From Squalus acanthias (Eukaryota), in assembly GCA_030390025.1 (NCBI GenBank), contig CM059432.1:133860001-133924000 (forward strand): a DNA stretch of 64,000 nucleotides. The letters run 5' to 3'. This document shows positions 50,117 to 63,025 of the stretch, in pieces (the stretch's first letter is position 1; the number at the start of each line of letters is the position of its first letter). The translations under genes were made by a program, and so were the position numbers. The notes beneath the pieces are model-generated. The model saw only the letters and a list, made by a program, of their open reading frames with translations, searched no databases and was not told the DNA's origin.

Positions 50117-50164
50117 ATACATTGCCATCCTACTTTAATACTTTCGAAAGCCTGTGGCCCCGAT

Positions 50165-51640
50165 CTTACCTCCAAGGCATGTTCCGTGCGGAGGGCTGAA
50201 GTTAGGAACAGGGAACCAGGAAGTACGGGTGTGCTGGCCATCCTGCAGGTCTTTCAATTCTTTTCTGTAGGTTTCCCACCGCCTGGCTGGCTCCCTGTTG
50301 GGTGGGAAAGCCTACAGCACGTGGCCACAGCCGAGCTGAGAGCAGGGGGAGAGATCGTGGGGTGGGGGGGCAGGGAGGGCTGGTGGTGGTGGGGAGTATC
50401 TGATCGTGAAGCGGGGCAGATGGTGATTGGGGGGGGGGGGTTAGGTCCAATTGTGGAGGGGGGAGCAGATGCTAGTCGGGGGGTCCAATCGCGATGCGGG
50501 TGTAGCAGATGGTGGTCAACGGGAGCAGATGGTGGTCGGGGGGTCCAATCGCGGGGCGGGTGTAGCAGATGGTGGTCAGGGGGAGCAGATGGTGGTCGGG
50601 GGACATGATCGCGTTACGGGGGAGCAGACAGATCATAGGAACATAGGAACATAGGAACAGGAGGAGGCCATTCAGCCCCTCGAGCCTGTTCCGCCATTCA
50701 ATGAGATCATGGCTAATCTGCGACCTAACTCCATATACCTGCCTTTGCCCCACATCCCTTAACACCTTTGGTTAACAGAAAGCTATCAATCTCAGATTTA
50801 AAATTAACAATTGATCTCGCATCAATTGCCGTTTGCGGTAGAGAGTTCCAAACTTCTACCACCCTTTGTGTGTAGAAGTGTTTCCTAATTTCACTGCTGA
50901 AAGGTTTGGCTCTAATTTTTAGATTATGCCTCCTAGTCCTAGAATCCCCAACCAGCGGAAATAGTTTCTTTCTATCTACCCTATCTGTTCCCCTTAATAT
51001 CTTGAAAACTTCGATCAGATTACCCCTTAACCTTCTAAATTCTAGGGAATACAACCCTAGTTTGTGTAATCTCTCCTCGTAACTTAACCCTTGGAGTCCG
51101 GGTATCATTCTGGTAAACCTACGCTGCACTCCCTCCAAGGCCAATATATCCTTCCTAAGGTGTGGTGCCCAGAACTGCTCACAGTACTCCGGGTGTGGTC
51201 TAACCAGGGTTTTGTATAGCTGCAGCATAACTTCTACCCCCTTGTATTCTAGTCCTCTCGATATAAAGGCCAGCATTCCATTAGCCTTTTTGATTATTTG
51301 AAGATCGCAGGGTGATGGGGTTTACTGGGTAGCTTGTTGAGCTGGGAGGAAACACTCCTGCTCCTTCTGGCCCACAAGCAGTGCTGTAAAGGCACTTACC
51401 TCATGGATTCAGCCTTTCTCGCCTCCTTTCACCTGTCGGGTTTCCCAAGGCCTGGAAGACCCGGCTGACAGTGGTTCAAAATAGAATCACTGTAACAATG
51501 AAGTCACACAGCCTCATTAAAATATTTAAATGACTGAACCCGCCTCCTGAGAGCGGATTGGTCGCCTGCCCCTCGTCCCGCCTCCGTTAAAACTGCAAGT
51601 GGGCGGGTTCCAGGCACGTTGGGTTCCTGTTTCAGATTTT
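50165..51640 (-). mobile_element. Family C non-autonomous element, interrupted by a CR1
   Basis: Inverted homolog of 45410-47160, including a G-rich repeat region at 50340-50630. Confidence 0.55.
50635..51300 (-). mobile_element. CR1 3' fragment
   Basis: 183-aa open ORF2 C-terminus (50725-51276), (CATAGGAA)n tail, AGATC on both flanks. Confidence 0.93.
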
Positions 51641-51713
51641 TAGGCCTGAATTTTTACCTTTGATACTTTTCAACAAAGCCACTGCAATTGAATCAGTCTT
51701 CCGAGTTTCACGG

Positions 51714-51776
51714 CCAATTAACGGGAGCGGGCGTGATGACGTCACGTATGACTCGAATTCAGCTGAGGTATTTAAA
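51714..51776 (+). promoter_or_regulatory. Putative promoter of the Harbinger Myb/SANT gene
   Basis: CCAAT (51714), GC-box-like GGGAGCGGGCG, CRE TGACGTCA (51737-51744), TATTTAAA (51769-51776), upstream of ATG 51906. Confidence 0.5.
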
Positions 51777-51905
51777 GGAGCAATGCACAGATGACAGTTG
51801 AAGGTTGGTAGAGATGGAAGATAGGTTGTTGGAGTTGAGAATGCATTGTGGAAATATTGGGTTGGTTGTTGGTAAATAATTTGATGTTGCTGTATACTAA
51901 AAAAA

Positions 51906-53790
51906 ATGCAGGCTCAACGACAGGATACTGCTTCGAGATTTAGTGATGCCTCCCTGGAAATCCTGCTCCAAGGAGTCAGGGCCCACAGGGACGTCCTCTT
52001 CCCTGCTGATAGGAGGAAGAGGCCAGCTGCCCAGACAAAGAACGCATGGCTGGAGATCTTGGAGGAAGTGAGCAGCAGGAATGTTGTAGGCAGTTCCTGG
52101 ATCCAGTGCAGGAAGCTCTTTAACAACCTCATGAGGTCAGGAAAGGTGAGTGCAATGCCACATTCAACTGCATCCTGATGTGCGTGTCACCCCAACCCCT
52201 TCTGCCTTCCCAAGCCTACTCCTGCACATCACTCCTCACACCAACCTACCTTGCAGGTGCACCTATCCCTCTCTGTCTATGCACTTACTCACATCTCCAT
52301 CTGACCATCCACCGCTGACACTCACCCTCGCCTTAATGCAATGTTACGCCTCTCCCTCATAGTCACTCTCAACAGATGTTGCCCATCCATCCCTTCCACT
52401 CATTCCATGACTCTCACTCTAAGGTCTCTTGTTTCCCTCCTTGCAGGAGAAGAGAGCAGAGAACACCCTGGAGAGGCAGCGAACCGCTGGTGGCCCTCCA
52501 GTCATGATACCGCTCACTTCATCAGAGGAGAAGGCGCTGGAAATCAGCGGAGTTGCAGAGTTGCGGAGCTGCTGGCAGTGGGAGATGGAGAGTGGGGGAA
52601 CTCCCAGCTACCTGGTGACAGAATTAAATATCAGACAGCCACATGTCATACGACAGTCACTCATGTTGACTTGATGTCAGCAGCCAGTGAAATATGATCA
52701 TGTACATAATGGTAACTTATTAGCAGAACAGTTCTAATTCATGTCTTTACTTTCCCTCAGGCCCATCAAGTGACCCCCCCCCCCCACCACTGTCCAGCCA
52801 GAGGAGGAAGACAACTCCTCAGAGGAGGTCGCGGACTCTGAGGGTGCACCATCACAGGAGCCATGCACACCAAGCACCAGCGCAGATACACACACACCGG
52901 TGGGTCCACTAAGTCAGAAAGTAGTGTTGACACCTGGTGTCTCACACATCACATGTGAGCAAGAGCAGACAGTGGAGACAGGGACAGCAGTGGAGAGTCC
53001 TCGTCGGAGGGCGCAGAACGCTCCAAGCAGTGCTCAGCTGGACAAAGATGTTGAACCTCGGGACCGTCGACAAGGTGGCTGATTCTGGAAGAGCAACAGA
53101 AAATGCAGGAGGCTCTGGTAGGATTTCCAGCTGTGATGTGCTTGCTTGCAGGGAGAATGGAGGAGTCCATCTCCAGCATGACTGGCATGATGTCGCAATG
53201 ATGTGTTCATCCATGGAAAGGGTGGCCACCTGCATGGAGCATCAAATGCGGCATTCAAACAAGTGCATGCTTGCTCTCACCAACAGCTTGCACACTCTGA
53301 ATGCCACCTCATCCAAAATGGATAGAAACCTAGACTTGGCCGTTCATCACCTCACTGATGTGCAACTAAGTGCTCTCCAGCTCCTTGCTAGCAGAAAAGT
53401 GCAGGTGGGCCATGAGAGGGATGATGGTAAGAGGGGACATGGAAGTGGGGGCTATGCTCAAAGCGCTCCTACTTTTCCCCCGTTGCCCCTCCCCACCACC
53501 TCCTCCCCCTCCTCCCCCCTCAGTCAGAGCCCCACATGTTGCCTCGTGTCCTGATGGTCGAGTCTGCCAATGCACAGGTGCAAGAGGAGCAGTCTTTGAC
53601 GGGGCCCTCACGGGCTCCAAAACGCAGAGGACGTCAGCCAAAAGTATCTAAGCAGTCAGAGCAGGGAAGTAAGCAGCCTGCCTCTACCTCTACTGAAGCA
53701 ACAGGGGTTGCACGAAGAGGAGGATTCAACAATTGTAGATGTTCAAGGGTATGCACATGGGTGTGTTATAAAATGTTAGATCATTGAGTT
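51906..53790 (+). pseudogene. Harbinger Myb/SANT-like DNA-binding protein, 3 exons (51906-52145, 52447-52614, 52761-~53790), frameshifted
   Basis: RFSDASLEILL..RDVLFP..AWLEI..WIQCRKLFNNL; donor AAG/gtgagt, acceptor ttgcag/GAGAAG (EKRAEN..RTAGGPP), acceptor ccctcag/GCCCATC. Confidence 0.85.
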
Positions 53791-54031
53791 TCTGTTTACT
53801 TTCTGAGCCACATAAAATTATTTCTCTGCACCACTTTCCAATCTTGTCCATTTTTGCCTGCTGTCTGGCAAGTGGCCTTGTCAGTTGGAGTGAATGGTAA
53901 GATATTACTTAACTTGGAGCAATTGGTGTGTGTGACTGGAATTGGTTTGGTCATTTTAGGACTACTTTGTGGTGGGGGTGCGGGGAAAGTTGGTTCAGCA
54001 TCTGGGCGCCATATGGGTGAACTGGTGCAAC

Positions 54032-55203
54032 CTAAATAAATTGTGCCTTGATGAGGCCATCCCTGGCATCCCGGGCAGCAATGTGCACCACTGCTGGTGC
54101 CGTGTCCACTTCAGGTTCCTCCTCCTCCTCATGTTCCTCCTCCACCTCCGAAGAGGCTCTGCACTCTGTGCCTTGTTTCTCCAGCGACTCCAATCCTGCG
54201 CTATGCTGTGTAGAGCACAGCAGACCACAACCATTCTGGCTGACTGGTGCATATTGAAGGCCTCCTCTAGATCTGTCCAGGCATCTGAAGCGCATCTTCA
54301 GCATCCCAATTGCTTGCTCTATTACACGTCTCGTTGTCATTTGGCTTTGATTGCAGCGCTCTTTGGCCTCCTCAAGGGTGTCATCAGCCGCATCTTCAGT
54401 GGATACCCCTTGTCTCCAAGCAGCCAGCCAGTAAGTCTGGTCGGAGGTGCGAAGAGCTGAGGGAGGGAGGACTGGCGCAGGATGAATGAAGCATGACAGC
54501 TCCCTGGGGATCTGACATACACATGCATGATGATCTTTTTGTGGTTGCAGATGAGCTGCACATTGAGGGAGTGGAAGCCCTTTAGGTTCATGAACACTCT
54601 TGGGTGATGTAGGGGTGCCTTGACGGCCACATATGTGCAGTCGATGACACCATGAACCTGTGGGAAGCCAGCCAGAGTCGCAAAGGCGAGCGCCCGCTCA
54701 GTAACACTGGCTTCATGAGTGGCAAAGTGTACATAAGTGCCTGCCTTGTCAAACATGGCATCAGTAACCTGGGTGATTCATTGGTGGGCGGCCGACTGCG
54801 AGATCCTGCAAATATCTCCTGCAGATCCCTGGAAGGAGCCTGAGGTGAAGAAGTTGAGGGTGGTGGTGAAGTTGACAGCTGCTGGTAACGCGTGTCCACC
54901 AGGTCCACTTGGCAGCGAATCTTTTTCCAGGAGGCTGAGGATGTCTGCCACCACCTGAGGCGATAGCCTAAGCCTCCTGAGGCACTCGTGTTCAGTCATG
55001 TCCAGGAAGCTGATCCTCTGCCTATATACCCTGTGTTGCGAGTATCGCCTCCTGCGAGCTGCACCCCTGTGCTCATCCCCTCCCTCCTGTGGTTCGGCAG
55101 GTCGGTGAAGAGAAGGCTGCTGCTGCTGCTCCTGCTGGTGTTGCTGGGGCTCATTTTGGTCCTCATCTGAGATCCAAGGTGAGACAGCATAAGCGGCACC
55201 CAT
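54032..55203 (-). pseudogene. Harbinger (HARBI1-like, DDE) transposase, disrupted
   Basis: [64 protein letters not shown]; premature stop at 54778 and frameshifts near 54340 and 54245. Confidence 0.92.
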
Positions 55204-56391
55204 GCTGATCTGACAGATGCCAGGTAAAGTGGAGATCAGAGGCACCATCCTCCAATGTAGTGAGAGTGACTTCCAATATATTGGGAGTGACTTCCAAAGT
55301 TGTAGAAATCACCTGCAAACTCCTGAAAGCAAACTCTCAGCGCAAGTGGTGGCAGCAAGAGCCTTTCCCTTAGGCGAGGAAGCAGGTGTGAGGTCTGAGT
55401 ATTTATGTGATTTTTTTTTTTAAATATCATTTGTTCAGCTCCCTCAATTGCTGATGTGCTCTCTCCTTACTTTCACTGGCGAGGTTCAGCAAGCCCGGGA
55501 ATCCCGTGTACAGCCAGTAAAAGCTCCAACAGCAGGTAAAAAAGACTGTTAATAGCCCCTTAACTATCTCTAAATTGGTTTAATTGGGTAACCCGCCTCT
55601 CCCGCCGTCTCTCGCGCACTGCCTAACGCGCTAAAGTTAAAGGTGGAAGCCGGCGGGTTGAAGCCGGCTTCCCGATGCGCCAACAATTTCAGCGCGTTTA
55701 ACTACCCCCCCGCTCCCAAAGCCACTCACTCTTTAAAGTTAATATTCAGCCCTAAGGAGCCGAGTCTCTCCTGTCAGGAGGGTATTTAAGGAAATCACAG
55801 GCGCACTTGACAGGATGTTCCATCCAAGTCATTTAAAAAAAACACAAAAACATGCACCAACACCTAACTTATGTGTTAGATTATACAGTATATTTTTTTC
55901 CCAGTCAATGCATATAAATGTAATTATAATCACAGAATAAAGTGTTCAGTTTTCTTTATGATCGTACATTTCCAACAAACATATTCACAAATTATTGTAA
56001 AAACACCTGCAGCTAAAAGCGGAAAGAATCATGTTGAGTTTCTTCTTTTACTTTTAATGAAACATGTTACAGGTGACACCAGTTAACAGGAACATTTTCC
56101 CAGGTATCAACTTATATTGGATTGGGTTTCTTCTAACGCAGAAATATCTTTTTTAAATTAGCTCAAGCTGAATCATGCATACTTTTTAGTAAGTAATAGC
56201 TTTGACAGTCCAGGTTTTTTTTTAAATGCTAACTGATCTCCTGTGACATTGCACATAGACTAAAGTTTTATGAAAATTGCATTCCTCTCTTGTTATAGTT
56301 GTCTCTTTGCATGTCTCCCACTCTTAAAATCGTTCTGTCTCCCTCACTGTCTTTCAGCTTGGCTTACATTTTCTCTCTTTCTCTCTCTTTC

Positions 56392-56612
56392 ATAGGAACA
56401 TAGGAACAGGAGGAGGCCATTTAGCCCCTCGAGCTTGTTCCGCCATTCAATGAGATCATGGCCGATCTGTGACCTAACTCCACATACCCGCCTTTGCCCC
56501 GTATCCCTTAATACCTTAGGTTAACAAAAACCTATTAACCTCAGAATTAAAATGAACAATTGACCTAGCGTCCAACAGCTGTTTGCTGAAGAGAGTTCCA
56601 AACTTCTACCAC
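56392..56612 (-). mobile_element. CR1 3' end
   Basis: CATAGGAA tail and 3'UTR, same subfamily as 50635-51300. Confidence 0.88.
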
Positions 56613-56691
56613 TTTCTCTCTCTCTCTCTGTGTATGGTTTTCACACAATTTCTCTCCTTGTTCTCTGCAACCCTTTTTTCATCAACTCTTT

Positions 56692-57148
56692 GGGCTGGAT
56701 TTTCATAAGGCCGTGGAGGCGGGTTTGGAGGCGTGTGGGGGTTAAAATTGCGAAAAGTGGCAGGCGGACCTGATCCCGCCTCCATTCCGCCTCCACGCAA
56801 TTTTGATAAAATCATGTGCGGTGTTCCTGACTCCGTCCCGCCTCCAAGAGGTGGGAGAGGCCATTAAAGCCCTTAACAAGCCCAAATTGGCTCTGTAATG
56901 CCATTTTGAAAAGTTTTAGCTAGTTTAACCCTTTTCCGACATGAAGCACACCTGATGTGAAACACGCCAGTGAATCCTGGTGGGAGCACAAGTGGATAGC
57001 TGACTATCAGCTGCAGGTCCACTATTACAACGGAGATGTGATGAAGGTAGTAGTAGTATTCGGTCTGAAAGTCGCCTCTGATGCTGCTGCATTGAATGTC
57101 TTCAGAGACTGCCTGGCCTTTGCTGTGAGAGGACCTGGATGGAAAAAA

Positions 57149-57191
<43 letters not shown>

Positions 57192-57455
57192 CTGATGCTC
57201 ATTTTGCATCCAGGTCCACTCACAGCAAAGGCCAGGCAGTCTCTGAAGAGCTTCAATGCAGCAGCAATTATGACATCATCAGAGGCGACTTTCAGACTGA
57301 AAACACTAATTGGTTCATGGGTTCCCACATGCTGGAACTCAATTGCCCAATTAGGTTAAAATTGCATCAATCTCCCACATCCAATTGCAGTTGGGTGGAT
57401 AACACGAAATGCGGATGACACGACCCCAACCCACCCCAGTATCAAAATCCAACCC
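56692..57455. mobile_element. Harbinger-type non-autonomous element (family A), second copy
   Basis: TIRs GGGCTGGATTTT / AAAATCCAACCC; colinear with 1045-1640 plus 4912-4946. Confidence 0.82.
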
Positions 57456-60400
57456 TTGCTGTTTTCTTCTTTCTAAATCTGTATGTCTCCCAATCTTTGT
57501 ACACCCTTCCTGCATATTCCTTTTCTGATGTGCTCGCTTCACACCATTTTACATTTTAAGGACCAGGGAATGCAGCCAACATGTTGCAGGTGAGGACCTG
57601 AGCTTGGTGGAAGCAGCTACTGAGAGCAGCAGCAATGCATGCAGCAGGATAGAAATTAAGGGTTTGGGATTGGGCTAGAAGGGAGATGATGATGAGGAGT
57701 TTAGGCTGAGTTAGGTCAGGGATTAGGGCAGGGTTGGGATGGAGAGGGAGGCAACAAAGACCTGATGGATGTAGGCTGTTTTCTCAGCAGGTTGGCAGTG
57801 AGCATAGGAACAAGCATTGGGGCGGGAGGTGATAGGACATTTCTCCCTCTCCCCAAATTCGTCTTGGCATGTGTAATAGTCTTGCCTCCCTGTCGCATGT
57901 CCTAGAATTGCTTCTAATGCCCACCACCCCTGAACTCTTTCCACATGCTTCGATTTTGACAGTGGGAGCGGGCAGGGGAGGATACATTGTCAAGTGGACA
58001 GGCATGAGGCAGCACAGGGACAGGTAGAGGAACTGAAGGTCTAGGAATGAACCACCGAGGTGGTGAGTGGAGCAGTTGGGCAAGGTGCACAGTGATGTCC
58101 TGTCACCTGGCAATTAAATTGGGGTTTCCCCAAGGGGTGGCAGATAACCTGCCCTTACAACAGATTGTGTGGACTTAGGGGGAGGGGGGCAGTAATTATA
58201 TATTGAAGTATATAGAATATACAGCACAGAAATGGCCATTTGGCCCAACTAGTCTGTGCTGGTGCTTATACTCCACACGATTCTCCTTCCATTCTATCTA
58301 CCTCATCTCAGCCTTTCAGCATATCTTTCTATTCCCTTTTCTCTCATGTACTCGTCTAGTTTCCTTTTGAAAGCATCTAATCTATTTGCCTCAACCACTT
58401 CCTGTGGTATCAAGTTCCACATTCTAGCCACTCTCTGAGTAAAGACATTTCTCCTTATTTCCCTATTGAATTTATTAGTAACTGTGGTGTATTTATGGAC
58501 CCTAGTTTTGGATTCTCCCACAAGTGGAAACATTCTCTCCACATCTACCCTGTCTAACCCATTCAGAATTTTAAATACCTCTATCAGATCACCTCTAAGT
58601 CTTCTCTTTTCCGAACAAAAAAGCACCAATCTATCCCCGATAGCTGTAAACTCTCAGTGCTGGTACCATCCTTGTAAATCTTGTTTGCACTTTCTCAAGT
58701 GCTTCTATGTCCTTTTCATAGTATGAAGACCAGAACTGTGCACAGTACTCTAAGTGCAGCCTGACCAGGGTCCTATACAAGTTCAACATAACTTCACTAC
58801 TTTTGAATTCTATAACCCTAGAAATAAATCCCAGTGCTTTGTTAGCATTTTTAATTGCTTTGCGGACTTGCTTTTAATGATTTGTTCACCTGTATCTCTA
58901 GATCCCTTTGTTCTTCTACCCCATTCAGTTTCTTATTTTCTAAGGTGTAGGTGATGTTTCTATTTTTCCTACTGAAGTGCATCACCTCACATTTATCTAT
59001 GTTAAAGTTTATTTGCCACTATATGCAAATTTTCTCATGTCTTCTTGTATTATGTTGCTTTCTTCCCCTCCCCCCCAGTTTGGTATGATCTGCAAATTTT
59101 GACATTGAGTTACTTGTTTCTAAATCCAAATCATGAATGTAAATTATGAATAACAGTGGTTCCAGCACTGATCCTTGTGGAACACCACTTTCTACCTTCC
59201 TCCAATCTGAATAATTACCCTTTACCTCTACTCTCTGCTCTCTTTTTTATAAGCCATTTTGCTATTGATTCAGCTATTTGTCTCCTGACTCCACATGCCC
59301 TAACCTTTGTCATGAGCCTACCGTGTGGTACCTTATCGAAGGCCTTTTGAAAATCCAAGTATATGACATCTACTACATTACCCTTGTCTACTCTTTCCGT
59401 TACCTCTTCAAAGAATTCTATCAGGTTAGTTAAGCATAACTTAGCCTTTCAGAATCCATGCTGACAAATTTTTATTAAATTATCTGTCTCTAGATGCTCT
59501 TCTATCACTTCTTTTGGTATAGATTCCAGTATCTTTCCTATCACTGACGTTAAACTGATTGGTCTATAGTTCCCAGGTTTTGTTCTATCTCCCTTTTTGT
59601 ATACAGGAACAACATTAGCTGTCCACCAGTCCACTGGCACCATCCCCTCTTCTATGGAACTTTTATATATATATGACTAGTGCCTCTGCTATCTCCTCCC
59701 TAGTCTCCTTGAGTATGCATGGGTGCATACCATCCGGACCTGGGGTTTTATCCGCTTTTAGTTTTGCTATTTTGTCAATTATTTTCTCCCTTTCAATCCC
59801 AACCAAATTAATATTCTTTTTAAGCTCATCCTCCAGTGAAGTGTCTGTTTTGTTAGCTTCTTCAGTAAAAACTGAGATGAAGTAGTTATTCAATACTTCT
59901 GCCATTTCTCTGTCATTACCTGTGCGTTTATCTTGCTCATCCTTTAGTGGCTCTATCCCAACTTTAATTTTCCTTTTGTTATTTAGGTGTCTATAGAACA
60001 CTATATTATTTCTTTTTATATTCCTTGATAATTTGAATTCGTAATTTCTCTTTGCTCTCCTGATTTTTTTTTACTTTTCTCCTAAGTTCTTCATATTCCC
60101 TTTTGTCCTCCTCTCTTTTAGTATCTAGACACTTCTTATATGTTGTTTTCTTTAGATTCAACTTTCCCTTTAGTTCTTTATTCATCCACAGTGCCCCATA
60201 ATTAGCTTAATAAGATGCTTTCCTACTCTTTCTTCTCCTATATGTTCTGGTTCATTATCTATTACAAGATCCAGCAGTCATTCTTTTCTTGTTGGATTTC
60301 TTATGTACTGAGTGAGAAAGGAGTCCTGTATACACTATAAAAACCCAATTCCCTTTTCTCCTTTCACTACTTCTTCCTGCCAGTTTATTTGGGGGTAGTT

Positions 60401-60786
60401 GAAATCTCGCAGGATCATTATTCTATGCCTGCTACTCACCTCGTAGATTTGCCTACATATTTCTTCCTCCAATTCCCTTCCACTATTTGGTAGTATACCC
60501 TTATTAGGGTGATAGATTCCATCTTACTTTTTAATTCAATCCATATGGATTCTGTATCTATCTTACTGCTAGTTACATCCTTTTTTTTTTCTACTGCCAT
60601 TATGCTATCTTTAGCTTGTACAGCTACTCCACCTCCTTTCCTTCCTTCCGACCTTTGTAATATCCTACAATATTTAGTTGCCATTCCTGTTCTCTATGTT
60701 GCCATGTTTCAGTCATCCAGATCCTCTCTACAAATTATAGCCTCCAGTCCATCCATTTTGTTTTGAATACTACGTACATTGCTGTA

Positions 60787-61392
60787 AACTTGAGGTCATC
60801 CAAAACTCTGCTGCCCGTGTCCTAACTCACACCAAGTCCCATTCACCCATCACCCCTATGCTCGCTGACCTATATTGGCTCCCAGTTAAGCAACGCCTTG
60901 GTTTTAAAATTCTCATCCTTGTTTTCAAATCCCTCCATAGCCTCGCCCCTCCTTATCTCTGTAATCTCCTCCAGCCCCACAACCCTCCGAGATATCTGCA
61001 CTCCTCTAATTCTGGTCTCTTGAGCATCCCCAATTTCAATCTCTCCACCATTGGATGTCGTGCCTTCAGCTGCCTAGGCCCTAAGCTCTGGACTTCCCTC
61101 CCTAAACGTCACCACCTCACTACCTCTATTTCTTCCTTTAAGATGCTCCTTAAAACCTACCTCTTTGAACAAGCTTTTGGTCAGTTGCCCTTATGTGGCT
61201 CGATGTCAAAATTTGTTTGATAATCGCTCCTGTGAAGCATCTTGGGACGTTTTAATACGTTAAAGGTTCAGCCATGAACGCATTGAATGGCGGTGCAGGC
61301 TCGAAGGACCGAATGGTCTACTCCTGCACCTATTTTCTATGTTTCTATGTTTCTATACAAATACAAGTTGATGTTGTTGTTGTTGTTGTTGT
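60787..61392 (+). mobile_element. L2 3' fragment
   Basis: LYWLPVKQRLGFKIL..LWTSLP..LKTYLF ORF (60858-61220), (GTT)n tail, TGTA on both flanks. Confidence 0.9.
61267..61356 (+). mobile_element. CR1 3'UTR inserted in the L2 tail
   Basis: TCAGCCATG..GGCGGTGCAGGCTCGAAGG..(TTTCTATG)n. Confidence 0.82.
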
Positions 61393-62599
61393 TGTACCAA
61401 CAGTTTAAATTGTTCTTGTTTATTATTCCTCTCTCTTTGTTTTTAGTAGTTATTTTACCTTTATGCTCTATGACTATCCGAACTCTGCCCATTCGTGCTA
61501 TCCTCATTCCTTCCTTTAATTTGTCCTTGACACTCTTTTCCTGATTATTTTATTGTTAAGTTTCTGTAATTTCTAGCAGTTCCCTCCACCCATGTTATTA
61601 GTTTAAAGTCTTATTTACAGCCCTTGTTATCCTTTTCACTCGGACCTTGGTCCCAGCCCAGTCCAGGAGCAGCCCGTCCCAATGGAACAACTCCTTCCTG
61701 TCCCAGTACTGGTGCCAGTGTCCTATGAAATGGAATCCCTCCTTCCTACACCACTTGTTTAGCCACATGTTGACTTTCCTGATCAGTTTGTCCCTCTGCC
61801 ACATGGCTTGGGTAATTATTACCTGTGAGATCCTGCTTTTCAATTTAGCTCCTAACCCCTGATACTTTTTTAGCAGGACCTCTTCACTAATCTTTCCTAT
61901 GTCGTTGGTTCTGACATGGACCACAACACCTGGATTCTCCCCCTCCCTTTCCAGATTCTTTTCCAGCCATTTTGAGATGTCCCTCACCCTGGCACCACAC
62001 CCTTCAGGACTCTCGATCCTGATTGCAAAGAATACTATCTATCCTCCTAATTATAGAATCCGTTAGAAGATCTGTTAGTGGCAGCAATTTTAAATATATG
62101 CAAATTAATGGAAATATTTATTTAAACTTTATGGCCCCCCAATATTGCGCTCCTGCCTGTGTTTGGGTGTTGGTCAGATGCAGCACATCCAATGCGTTTT
62201 GCACCTGCCCTGAGATGAGGAACCCACCTGGATTTGCCGGGGTTCAGGTCATTAGCATGGGTCCCATATGTGCCTGGGGGAAAGGCCTATGCACAGAAAC
62301 GGGGACAGAAAGTCAGTCGTTACATCAGGCCTGAGAGGCCACTGACTGTGGGGGCAATCTGGCTGTCCAAAACCACAACCAGAAGGCTTCCAGCCCCCAA
62401 GATTCCAGCGAGGCCCTATGGGGAAAAGGGGCCACTTACCTTTTTATGCCTGCTTGGCTACGCTGTCTGCCTTTGTAAATCCCTCCAATCTGAGTAGGGG
62501 GGCAGAGCAAGTGCTAGCAACGGCCTCCTCAGGCGAAGGTCAAGATGGCTGCCAACCGCTGTTCCCAGAGAAAAGCGAAGTGGGAGATGCCATTTATTC

Positions 62600-63025
62600 A
62601 GGAAAGACTGTACAGGCTGGGGCTCATTAGGCTGAGGGGTGACCTAATAGAAGGATTTTAAAATTATGAAATGGTTTGATAGGGTAGACATAGAGCTGTT
62701 TCCACTTGCGGAGGAGTCCAAAACTGGGGTGATAAATATAAGATAGTCACCAATAAATCCAAGAAGGAATTCAGGAGAAACTTCTTTACCCAGAGAGTGG
62801 TTAGAATGTGGAACTTGCTATCACATGGAGTGGCTGAGGCGAATAGCATAGATGCATTTAAGGGGAAGCTGGATAAGTACATGAAGGAGAAAGGAATAGA
62901 GGGATATGTTGATAGGGTGAGATGAAGCAGGATGGGAGGAGGCTCATGTGGCGCATAAACACCGGCATAGACCAGTTGGGCTGAATGACCTGTTTCTGTG
63001 TTGTAAGTACTATACAATTCTATGT
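62600..63025 (+). mobile_element. CR1 3' fragment
   Basis: RLRGDLIE..RRNFFTQRVVRMWN motifs, 3'UTR and TTCTATG tail. Confidence 0.87.

Larger units (their letters stand above)
51643..55752. mobile_element. PIF/Harbinger DNA transposon, two convergent genes, decayed
   Basis: Imperfect TIRs GGCCTGAATTTTTAC / GTTAATATTCAGCCC, flanks TTA / TAA; Myb/SANT gene (+) and DDE transposase (-). Confidence 0.88.
58205..62060 (-). mobile_element. Long degraded CR1 (ORF1 esterase + ORF2), interrupted by an L2
   Basis: ORF1 VVVHVRTNDI..WLNKWCRKEGF..DGL..TLN* (61598-61987); ORF2 remnants GGGVA, KTPGPDGMHP, NYRPISLTS, RRLRGDLIE. Confidence 0.9.

Noticed and set aside
54032..55203. Host HARBI1 gene
   Set aside because: Stop, frameshifts, flanking TIRs and a partner Myb gene show it is a transposon copy, not the domesticated gene.
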